A stretch of 63,122 nt of DNA, filler included, from Ministeria vibrans ATCC 50519 (GCA_943704425.1; 9 parts of 9 records of this genome joined end to end with filler, not necessarily neighbours in it); one strand, 5' to 3'; shown: positions 23,701-31,858, numbered from the whole stretch's first letter. Made by a program: numbers and translations. The notes: generated by a model not told the origin, from the sequence alone.

Positions 23701-24136
23701 CGAGCTCGAGCGCTGCGGCCCTGGCCTCGTTGCGCTGTTCGGAGTCGGAATTCCCACTCTCACTCTCGCTGTCGCTCTCATCATCACCCTTGATGAAACT
23801 GCTGGCGTCGGACTCAGAGTCGTAGTTGGTGATCACACGCCGACGTCGCGCTCGTTGGGGTGGCAGTGATGCAGACTCACTCTCGCTGCCGCTCTCAGCG
23901 CAGTCGTCGCGTGGCCGTTTGCGGTTCGGTTGTGTAGTCTCTGTCGTGCCGGCGTGATTCTCTTGGCACACTCCCGTAGAGTTAGTGGGAGGGGGAGGAG
24001 GTGCGTCATCGCTGCCACCAGCACACAAGCGCTTGGCAAGAGAGCTAGGGTCATCGTCTGCGTCGGACTCAGAGTCGTAGACACTCGGGATGATGCGCAG
24101 TGGTTGTTTGCGTGGCTGCTCGGAAGCAATCTTCAC
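20717..24136 (-). CDS. Intronless D5-like superfamily-3 helicase (virus/Polinton-like-element type), ~1140 aa; true start uncertain
   Basis: D5_N-like LVPLRDGLLD; Walker A GSAGCGKST (~21474-21499); Walker B FQFFEE; motif C PVIVNN; Arg-finger-like ALFERL; C-terminal winged-helix-like DVLAGFL...IDKQDLH...LSQEDF; Cys clusters CPQC and C...ACKCCG; basic NLS-like RKRPR and RARRRR. Confidence 0.82.
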   Translation of the reverse strand: MKIASEQPRKQPLRIIPSVYDSESDADDDPSSLAKRLCAGGSDDAPPPPPTNSTGVCQENHAGTTETTQPNRKRPRDDCAESGSESESASLPPQRARRRRVITNYDSESDASSFIKGDDESDSESESGNSDSEQRNEARAAALELARLFKTDRNFFSHVAVTTVEVVAQGVAGRVTCPQCPDAFVTKVTATKNRLQYECTAMHVDTALPSPPILRQLLGEEMAPVDATNAYSVVDLKPGCSIGESEQKQIRWHELAWPCKDTLTHYAKACPDVFTDEATANFARRHTLVRLAAESLLQSKAEYDSVILPYLRCLGQGLREGGKAVNKGVLEAWSCIPVEAVRACVSILAHVNLGTRDGRRDVAQMINALSQDSPPAATLSKACKLCAKYGDAILRSPRSPNLGQFAPLFPAVSSETAAKEPTEKSLPPWLLYPRRLASNATRLKLSPNTATPKVTLPPDGNLLCSLLPSVSEADEERMSEQSRRELDEVRRTAVEQYVNATLEDGGVEEKRLERIQVNMVRICNTYNANGLDPALLVPVVVDGGVFEYHYALLATCPTQKDQLMRQRADTNTTKSQLSRSNQMAIMTVNGRLMAACKCCGSTEPEALVERLRFAKMWTRIPADAKAAAESVIVAAGHMWGQRDFVGQDAVVSFNELSAALTEGLLYRCTAASLTQARYIMRQPSGLFRYKTHDEAAKVLLGLLVPHMSIFCMQLKAYQLETALASLADIPERLVPLSSINVWRDLVPLRDGLLDASALLRHEIIFYTFAERPKVMFTSGRELGVTQQEIKNLLISCNDRLENPTSVSILEAARAVCCNRFFDFIFRRRVPQLLTSVFLAKDIPVRADDPVDTESRDYLFDIVGRALHSGCLGRVLMYPFGSAGCGKSTVMNLLKEVLGDEMWRDGNEQRLGMEFEATQIGAALFQFFEELRRLSPAAVEYFLQTTESRKTTNIVKHGSQATVRHQSMPVIVNNKGARFFEELSKDPDCRDALFERLVPFHLAHKLDFNPSTVVNNRLVVASLTLCLLHEYARERAGRPAPPIPDRIRATKKGLLVGADVLAGFLFFRTTSYLGSSIDKQDLHKKLNIYILAHDARASTLSQEDFYSQLPCALTIMKQIGHLPNASIDGNNVMQLRWKTS

Positions 24137-24237
24137 CCGCCTGGACCAGCACAGCCTGGCGGCCGACGGTGTTTTCAGACATGGTCAAGAAGAAATAAAA
24201 CTGACGAGAACCGTCTGTGGCAATTTGGTGAGGTTAG

Positions 24238-24284
24238 AGGATGCAGTAGGATGCAGTAGGATGCAGTAGGATGCATAGGATGCA
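24238..24284. repeat. 10-bp direct repeat array (AGGATGCAGT, about 4.5 copies) upstream of the helicase
   Basis: aggatgcagt aggatgcagt aggatgcagt aggatgcat aggatgca. Confidence 0.93.
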
Positions 24285-24610
24285 AAAAAAGGAGAAGAAG
24301 GCCGAAAACCAGTGATGAGGTCCTTTTTTCCTGCGTCAACTGGGGGTATGCAAATCATGGCATGCAAGGTTGTATGGCTGGGAAAGAAAGAAAGAAAAAA
24401 GATGGCGAATGAAGGGCTCGGCTCAGTTTTCATTCTGAAGCAAGCCACGACTGCCAGTCTGCCACGAAGTGAGATTCCATTTCCTCTTTTCAAATTTTGT
24501 GTGCTCTCTCCTCCATACGTCGAAGGGTCTGACTCCCGAGTACTCTAAGTGGTGAGCGTGGAGTGACTGGACAGTAGTCAAAGTCCCACCGTGATTCACA
24601 AAACTTTGTC

Positions 24611-25549
24611 ATGGATACTCCCCCTCCTTACACGTCGCATCATGGATATGGCACAGTGCCTTCTGATGACACTCTGGATCTCTTCGGCTACGAGCCTCGC
24701 TCACGTGTCTTGCATGCCTTCTACAGTGAAGATGTGAAGGCCCGTCCCTTGCAAAGTGAGAATAACCAATTCTTCTCCCGTCCCTTATACTGTTGTTTAG
24801 TTTACCAGGCCTGCCTCATTTTCCCACCCATTGGCTGTTTTGTCAGCTATTGGTTGCACTATAGGGAAGAGCAACGCGCTCGTGCGTCTGTGCTAATTGT
24901 TACCGAAAACGAACTTGTTTTGCACATTCGCCCTCACCGCAATTGCTGTTGCACCTCCTGCTGTATTGCCAGTACGGACACCGTGACAATCGATTTGGGC
25001 AATATCACAGACGTGCGCGCTAAATCACTGCCCTGCTGTGGGCCTCGAGCGCTGTTCATTGACACATATAGTAGCCCGATTGACCCAAGAGACTTACAAC
25101 GAATTCCCGAGCTCATCGTGTGCCACCTTCGCGATCCTGATGTGGTGCGCAAGGTGATTCTCGATGTGCGCTACCAGGCACGGAGAGAATACAGCAATGT
25201 GCCCACAACGGTCAACATAGTGACGGAACCTGTCGAGCAGAACGAACATCCAACTCGCGCTGACCCACCAACTCGCTGCCGTCTCACACTGGCCACTCAA
25301 GCAGGTATTTCTCGCCTTGGAGTTGGTTGTCTTTTCTAACAATTTATTGTAGATGGAAAACGTTACGTTGTGGTGATAGACTTGTCATCATCATGGGAAA
25401 ACATTTGCGCAAAGTGCGCAACCAAAGTTGGCCTTGATCCAAATATCCGTGTTGTTCTCACCCTCACGAACGGCGCCGAGCTGTCCGACCCGAGCGAACT
25501 TAGCCCTGATGATTTTTTGCTTGTATCGAATGAAGGCTGTCCGACCTGA
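24611..25549 (+). CDS. Cys-rich membrane-associated protein: PPPY motif, hydrophobic segment, bacterial-PH-like domain, C-terminal KHA/DCX-like ubiquitin fold (intron 25305-25352)
   Basis: TPPPY; CLIFPPIGCFVSYW; LIVTENEL...TIDLGNITDV...LRDPDVVRKVIL (bPH-like); exon 2 GKRYVVVI...TNGAELSDPSELSPDDFLLVS*. Confidence 0.55.
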
Positions 25550-25753
25550 CGCCAAGACAACGTTGCCGCGCGACGACTCAAGGAGATGCCTGAGTTGTCA
25601 AGTTGTCCCCATAGCCCCAAAGTACACGTTGTCCGCCATTCGTTGCTCGCTCTTCTTCGTTCTGTTTGCTCTGTACGTACTCTTGTTCAATGCGCTGCCC
25701 TGTAAAGAGATTTAAGAGCGTCGCTGAAATGATATCGATCCTGTGAGTTGAGA

Positions 25754-26860
25754 CTACGTTACAGTTGTAGATACAACCATGGCGGCGTATTCGATAAGCT
25801 CTGGCGAAAGCGGTCGACGCGTCCACAGCAGCGGATCGGCATTCATTCGCTGGTGCATTTCATGCTTGTTACTATGTGATGGCTGACAATACCGCTTCAG
25901 CAAAGCAGCCAGACCAATGCGACCGCGATCCGGCCCAGGTTGAAGCAGGGCATGCATTGTTTGCGTATCAACAATCTTCAGCGGCGCTTTAACGTCAGTG
26001 TGGCGCCTCAGTGATGTAATGTCAGCCCGAACATCGTGGAACACTTTGAACAAGTCTCCCTCAACAATCCGACGCACAGCGGAGGATACGGCGCACAAGT
26101 CGTCGTTGTTGCGACGAGCAGCAACAAAGTCAAACAGAAAGACGCGATCGGCAGCGCCTACCTGCACCAAGCACAATTGACCCGCCTCCGCACCCTCGTA
26201 CTCATCTGGGACACCCTCGCAATCGACGGCTACCTCAGACTGTTGCATAATGATGGCGAGAGCCTCGGCACACGACAAGGCATTGTCGATGATCGTGGCG
26301 GCGTGACGCAGGGGCGCGTTTGACAAAGAAGGTTGAGCAATGCGCTCCGGCTGGATAGAGTCGATGGTCTCGTCGGCTGCAGGGAGTTTTGCAGTACAGG
26401 GCGCGCTGCCAGCTTGATCGGAGTCGTCAAAGCGGCGTTCGGGAGACCTCGCCAGGAGCTGGACAAACACGAGCGTAACACGACGAAAAATACGGAATCT
26501 ACTGGGCAGTGAGTCGAAAAACGCGGCGGAGGTTGGAAAGAGAGCGCGCCAGGTGGGAAATTCCTGTCCAATTGCACCCATGAGTGCTTCGCGCTGGCGT
26601 TCTCGGTTCGGTGATGACCGCAAGAAACGTTCGCACATCGCCACCATTTGAGAGGCGATTCTCTTAACCCATACGTTGGAGTCGTCATGGTCGAAAATCG
26701 CTCCGTTTCGTTGCAAGAAGTGGGCGATTCGTGGCGGCTTGTAAATCGACTGGAGAAGGGGGTCGGCGAACAAGCGAGAGCCTAGTATCGTTTTGTTGAC
26801 GCGGCCGCCAGCCTCGGCCACTGCAGTCCATGCGACTACCTCGAGTGTGGGTAGCCCCAT
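25754..26860 (-). CDS. DEDDy 3'-5' exonuclease, EXD1/Egalitarian-like, with two probable N-terminal LOTUS/winged-helix-like units; 3' end uncertain
   Basis: ExoI VAVDCEG; LCLVQV..VFLFD; ExoII KVFHDVRAD; VDTQ; IGLAALLKRY; WTRRPLSPELIEYAA (ExoIII). First ATG at 26860. Confidence 0.8.
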   Translation of the reverse strand: MGLPTLEVVAWTAVAEAGGRVNKTILGSRLFADPLLQSIYKPPRIAHFLQRNGAIFDHDDSNVWVKRIASQMVAMCERFLRSSPNRERQREALMGAIGQEFPTWRALFPTSAAFFDSLPSRFRIFRRVTLVFVQLLARSPERRFDDSDQAGSAPCTAKLPAADETIDSIQPERIAQPSLSNAPLRHAATIIDNALSCAEALAIIMQQSEVAVDCEGVPDEYEGAEAGQLCLVQVGAADRVFLFDFVAARRNNDDLCAVSSAVRRIVEGDLFKVFHDVRADITSLRRHTDVKAPLKIVDTQTMHALLQPGPDRGRIGLAALLKRYCQPSHSNKHEMHQRMNADPLLWTRRPLSPELIEYAAMVVSTTVT

Positions 26861-26907
26861 CGCCACATAAAGTAGGACGAAGAATTGTACCTCTTGATGT
26901 GACAATG

Positions 26908-26924
26908 CCTAACCCTAACCCTAG
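26908..26924. repeat. Short interstitial telomere-type repeat (CCTAACCCTAACCCTAG)
   Basis: About 2.7 copies of CCCTAA. Confidence 0.7.
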
Positions 26925-27123
26925 AAATAAATGGGTTGTCTTCTTCAAATTTTATCAATAAATGAGTTGTATTCTTCTTCTTCAATTTTTATCAACACAG
27001 AATAAAATAATCAACAGTCTGACTGACGACATCCATCTCCGTCTTGAGTGCCTTGTACTCCGCCTCGGCCTATCCAAAAGTGAACACAGGCACTGCCCAT
27101 TCCATTCAATACAATTTTTGAGT

Positions 27124-27932
27124 GTGGGTGGTTGGGACCAAGAGATGTTTCAAAGATGATCAGGGCACGCTAATAGTACTTAAGAGCACGAGTGTAGTCT
27201 CCTTGTGCCTTGAACACAATGGCCATGTTGTTCAATGTCTGGCCTGTGGATGGGTGGTCGGGACCAAGTGCTATTTCAAAGACGATCAGGGCACGCTCAT
27301 AGAACTCAAGAGCACGAGTGTAGTCTCCTTGTGCCTCGAACACAATCGCCATGTTGTTCAATGTGTTGCCTGTGGATGGGTGGTCGGGACCAACAGACTT
27401 CTCGTAGATGGTCAGAGCACGCTCATAGAACTCAAGAGCACGAGTGTAGTCTCCTTGCTCTCGATACACTTCGCCAATGTTGTTCAATGTGCCGCCTGTG
27501 GATGGGTGGTCGGGACCAACAGACTTCTCATGGATGGTCAGAGCACGCTCATGGTACTCAAGAGCACGAGTGTAGTCTCCTTGTGCTTTGAACACAATGG
27601 CCATGTTGTTCAATGTCTGGCCTGTGGATGGGTGGTCGGGAGTTGAGCTCCTCGTAGTCGAGCTTACGAGCAGTTTTTCGCTTCGGTCGTGTGATTTGTT
27701 TCGCAGCAGAAGAGCGCGTCGGCCGAGTCGCGGGCCCTGCCGCGTCCTAATCGCTGTCGTCGTCCAACTCCATCACTGCCTCGTCACTGTCGTCACTCTC
27801 TTCCTCGTCGTCGTCTTTGTCGGGCGATGCGGGTCGCTTGGTCGGCAACATGGTCACGGAGGCCAAGACCAAGTACACGAAGAAGCGGGCGCAACCGGGC
27901 ACGGATACATATTCACGCATTTGTCGGACCAT
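27124..27932 (-). pseudogene. Chimeric, disrupted gene: acidic N-terminal segment fused out of frame to four near-identical 42-aa (126-bp) TPR repeats
   Basis: Repeat PDHPSTGxTLNNxxxVxxxQGDYTRALExxERAL. In-frame TAG at 27747 (DSD*D) and 27170 (KYY*RAL, GAG in the sister repeats). Frame break near 27641. Confidence 0.75.
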
Positions 27933-28153
27933 AATGTAACAAACTATTAAATCCTTTCTCCCGATCTCTTCTCTTTTCCTTTTCTCGTTGCTTTAAGCTT
28001 TTCTTCCACGTCTAGCTGCCCGGCTCAGCTCTTAAAAGAAAAAAGAGAAGTTTTTAACAAAACTTTGTCGACGGAGCTCCGCGAAGTTATCCCAATTTTC
28101 AAGATCAAAAATTCAAAGTAATATTTTGTCATTTCTCAGGAAAAGATCACAGA

Positions 28154-30106
28154 ATGGCTGTCACTGGTACGTTGACTGCAACGCTGGCAACGCCAAGAGA
28201 GAGGGAAGAGGGAGGAGTGAAACAAGTTGACATTTCGTTCACATCGTTCAACGACACAATCAAACGGACTCCGAATACCATCGTGCGACTGTTATCACCT
28301 ATGGATAATAGACAATGTTAATTAACGTGCCATATCCTCAAGAGTGCGGGAGGGGGCAGCTTGGTGGGTTGGAGAAACAAAGTTGCTTGAAAAGAAACCG
28401 AAGAAAAAAGACCACAACGCTGGTCACTGCTCCACTTCATTGTGTTCACTGAATTGAATATCGAAAGATTGTGAATGTGTTAATCACTTACTGTCGTGCC
28501 TTTGGTTCGTATTCTGACTCCTCGTTTTGTTCTGTTCTTTTTTATCTCAACAACAGAAGCTACCTGCTCATCTCGTCTCAACTCGCTCCCGAACGAGATC
28601 AAAGACATAATCGTCCGCTACTGCGACCCGCGCGCAGCTCGAGAGCTCTCTCTCGTGAACAAAAGCTTCCGCGAGGCTGTCAGAGCGCACGGTTTCGAGA
28701 GTGTCGCAAACGCAGAGCACGACCACGACTCCCTTGTCGCCCTTGAGGTGATACTGCGACTGAACACCCCGCCGCGTGCATGGACACTCGCTTGGGAGAT
28801 TCAACCTGAGAGAGTGGACCGTCTTGTCGAGAAGCTTTTGCCTGGTGTACCTCCTCTCGAGGATTTTCAGGGGTTGGTTGGATATTGGCGCGTACGTGAA
28901 TTAACCTCCGCTCCTGAAACCCCACTGTCCACGTCAAAGTTCTTCCGCATGGCAGCCCTGTTACTACATCGCCGGGGAGAGTGCCTCGAACGTGATATGA
29001 TGGCTGTTGCGGCGGAAGCAGCGAGGGCAGGAGATGTCCAATCGCTCGAGATATTTCTGGAGTCAACCACGCAGACTAGCGATGTTGCATACGCTGCTCT
29101 TGAGGCTGCAGTCGACAGCGTACCTCCCCAGTGTCACATTATTGACTGGATGTGCACATCTACTCCGAGAACGGCCCATATGCGGGAAGCAATCAACTTA
29201 GTATTGGTGCATCTCTGCGGCAAGAACGACATTGAGCTCACCCAACGCTTCGTGGATGAATTTGGCGCAGATCCCACTGACTACGACAACTATGCCATTC
29301 GTTTTGCGAGCCGAAACGGTCATGCCTCTGTGGTGCAACTGTTGCTCGCTGACAGTCGTGTGGACCCCACTGCTGGTGACAATTTTGCCATTCGTTGGGC
29401 GAGCAAGAACGGTCATACCTCTGTGGTACAACTGTTGCTCGCTGACAGTCGTGTGGACCCCACTGCTGATGACAACTATGCCATTCGTTGGGCGAGCAAG
29501 AACGGTTATGCGTCTGTGGTGCAACTGTTGCTCGCTGACAGTCGTGTGGACCCCACTGCTGGTGACAACCATGCCATTCGTTTTGCGAGCCAGAACGGTT
29601 TTGTCTCTATGGTGCAACTATTGCTCGCTGACAGTCGTGTGGATCCCACTGCTCTTGACAACATTGCCATTCGTTGGGCGAGTTGGTTCGGCCATGCCTC
29701 TGTGGTGCAGGTGTTGCTCGCTGACAGTCGTGTGGACCCCACTGCTGTTGACAACTCTGCCATTAAGTGTGCGAGCGAGAACGGTCATGCCTCTGTGGTG
29801 CAACTGTTGCTCGCTGACAGTCGTGTGGACCCCACTGCTGGTGACAACTATGCCATTCGTTTTGCGAGCCGAAGGGGCCATGCCTCTGTGGTGCAACTAT
29901 TGCTCGCTGACAGTCGTGTCAACCCCTCTGATAAGGACAACTCCGCTATTCATTGGGCGAGCGGGAACGGTCATGCCTCTGTGGTGCGACTGTTGCTTGC
30001 CGATGGTCGTCTCAGTCTCACGGCGGATGACATTCGCAAAGCCCGTCGACAGGCTGCACGCAATCACCGTGATGACGTGGTTCAACTCTTACGAATGAAT
30101 TGTTGA
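28154..30106 (+). CDS. F-box plus ankyrin-repeat protein (exon 1 28154-28166, exon 2 28557-30106)
   Basis: MAVTE|ATCSSRLNSLPNEIKDIIVRYCDPRAARELSLVNKSFR (F-box); eight 31-aa ANK units DPTxxDNxAIRxASxNGHASVVQLLLADSRV; intron G|GTACGT...CTGAC...CAACAG| is in phase. Confidence 0.88.
29270..30013 (+). repeat. Eight tandem 93-bp ankyrin-coding units of high internal DNA identity
   Basis: Period 93 bp (29270, 29363, 29456...). Confidence 0.95.
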
Positions 30107-30499
30107 AGTGACGGCGCAGACAGTACGATGCTTACTGTGTGTGTGTGTGTGTGTGTTTTATTGGGCGGACTAAGAGGAAGTTTGAGGGGACAAGGACAGC
30201 CAATGCGTTGTTGAGAGTATAGCCCAACACATCGGTCGAGGGCAAGACAGAGAAGAAGGAGGAGACGGAAAAGAAGGAGTTGGAAGGAGCTTGATAAGAA
30301 CCGAAATAGATAAAAGAGAGCTTTAGTCAATGTTAAAACATGACAATATACATTATCAGAGAGTAGCACAATACCTCCGTCGTCGATTTCCAGAAGAAAA
30401 TGTCCGATTAACGATTACGAAAAACTCAAAGTAGTGCCTACTTTGCCAATCAATATCAATTGTATCTTTGGAGTTCATTCATCATACGAATATCATTAG

Positions 30500-31096
30500 A
30501 AGTTCACGCATTGCGAAGGCGACCATGTCTGCATCAACTTCGACGGAGAGGACGTGCTCATCATTGGCAACGAGACTGGCAAGTTCTGCACCGACGACTA
30601 TCACCTGTTCGTCGACTTTGCTCTTATTTGCTCTTATTTCTCTGCCATGACCCACGTCTACCAACTCACTCCAGCCACCAACGGAGAAAGGGTGCGTGCC
30701 ACCCGAGTCGACAGACGGGTTGTTTGCGAATCCAAAGTCGAAGCGGACGCGTTTCTGCTGACCTTGCGACGTCGCGCTTGCCTTGGTTCAACACTCAAGT
30801 GCTTTGCTGGGATGCAACTTGTGTCGCAGACTGTCCCTGGAGCGGGCAGCAAGTTGATCTGTGGCGCGCGCGTCTACAGAGGCAGCCACTTTGGTCTGTT
30901 TGAGGAGGACGAGCAACTGTTCCTCTTCTGTGTCGACGCAGCCGGCCATGTCGTGTTTCCTGCATCGTTTCGGGCTGTGGTCGTGAGTGCGCTGGATGGT
31001 GTCCCAGCTACAAACACTGTCAAACAGAGAACGCCTGAGAGCCACTCCTGTCGACTAGCCAGGCCCATGAGCAACCGTGTGCGAGAGAGAGAGTGA
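30500..31096 (+). CDS. Uncharacterised ORF, probably a terminal exon
   Basis: About 200 open codons after a TTAG acceptor (KFTHCEGDHVCINFDGEDVLIIGNE...). No motif recognised and start not resolved. Confidence 0.35.
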   Translation, partial: KFTHCEGDHVCINFDGEDVLIIGNETGKFCTDDYHLFVDFALICSYFSAMTHVYQLTPATNGERVRATRVDRRVVCESKVEADAFLLTLRRRACLGSTLKCFAGMQLVSQTVPGAGSKLICGARVYRGSHFGLFEEDEQLFLFCVDAAGHVVFPASFRAVVVSALDGVPATNTVKQRTPESHSCRLARPMSNRVRERE

Positions 31097-31112
31097 GAGA
31101 GAATGAGTGAGA

Positions 31113-31212
31113 NNNNNNNNNNNNNNNNNNNNNNNNNNNNNNNNNNNNNNNNNNNNTTAATTAATTAANNNNNNNNNNNNNNNNNNNNNNNNNNNNNNNN
31201 NNNNNNNNNNNN
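31113..31212. other. Artificial contig spacer
   Basis: N44-TTAATTAATTAA-N44. Confidence 0.99.
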
Positions 31213-31779
31213 TGACCAGACTCCCGAACGACCTTGCCCTGGTGCACATGGCCCGACATCGCACGCCACAGTCGATCACGTTGCACGTCCTTCAACAGTC
31301 GTTTTGCATTATGATCCTGCAAATCTAGACCGGCAGTAGCACCAGCCCTATCAACAGGCACCTGATTGGCCGCTCCGGCATCCGCGCGCTCCACTCGACG
31401 GTCCCGGCCATCGCAACCCAAGCGAATGCACACGCCACTGATTGGCGTCGACCCCAGTAACGCACACCAGTCCCAACGCATTGCCAGCTCTGCCAAATAC
31501 TCATTGTTCCCTTCCATATTGCCACGCAAACGCTCAAGACCACCGCGAGCAATCCCATCAGCACGCTCGTTCCACTCCTCCTCACGCGTCCGAACACGAT
31601 CCGTCACATGTGCCTTGACGTGCAAAACCTCCGTCTTGGCGTGAAACTCTTCGCGCACCAACAAAACGTCACAGAGCAGACCCAGAGCCATCGGAGAGCA
31701 CGACCGTGACAACAGCCGCCGCACACGGCGCGACGACCAAAGAGCCACACGCTCATCCATTGGCTGCAGCAGCCGTAAA
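31213..31779 (-). mobile_element. 5'-truncated retroelement fragment (C-terminal half of RNase H plus downstream region), probably non-LTR; runs off the contig
   Basis: VLHVKAH...WNERADGIAR matches the RNase HI HVKAH/NExAD motifs; later LW...HQG. The reading frame starts abruptly at the telomeric repeat. Confidence 0.65.
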
Positions 31780-31803
31780 CCCTAACCCTAACCCTAACCC
31801 TAA
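31780..31803. repeat. Interstitial telomeric repeat (CCCTAA)4, i.e. (TTAGGG)4 on the minus strand
   Basis: ccctaa x4 directly visible. Confidence 0.95.
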
Positions 31804-31804
31804 G

Positions 31805-31858
31805 AACTTCCAACGCTGCAGTTCTTTTGCTTCGCCCAGAACTGCAGCGTTGGAAGTT
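31805..31858. repeat. Perfect 21-bp inverted repeat with 12-nt loop
   Basis: AACTTCCAACGCTGCAGTTCT (31805-31825) and AGAACTGCAGCGTTGGAAGTT (31838-31858). Confidence 0.95.

Noticed and set aside
20470-24445. Terminal inverted repeats around the helicase (GCTTCAAGAAATGA versus TCATTCTGAAGC)
   Set aside because: Only about 12 matching bases with two indels and no target-site duplication; compatible with chance.
27170-27749. Two TAG codons where Glu is expected, suggesting TAG=Glu recoding
   Set aside because: Both are in one frameshifted pseudogene. LSM5 ends at TAG at its normal C-terminus, and no conserved gene here needs TAG readthrough.
29270-30013. CRISPR array or DGR target
   Set aside because: The repeats are protein-coding with no unique spacers; no cas genes, no template repeat and no linked reverse transcriptase are visible.
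29232-30098. 288-aa alternative-frame ORF over the ankyrin array, and the antisense ORF 27122-27646 over the TPR array
   Set aside because: A stop-free unit repeated in tandem yields long shadow frames automatically.
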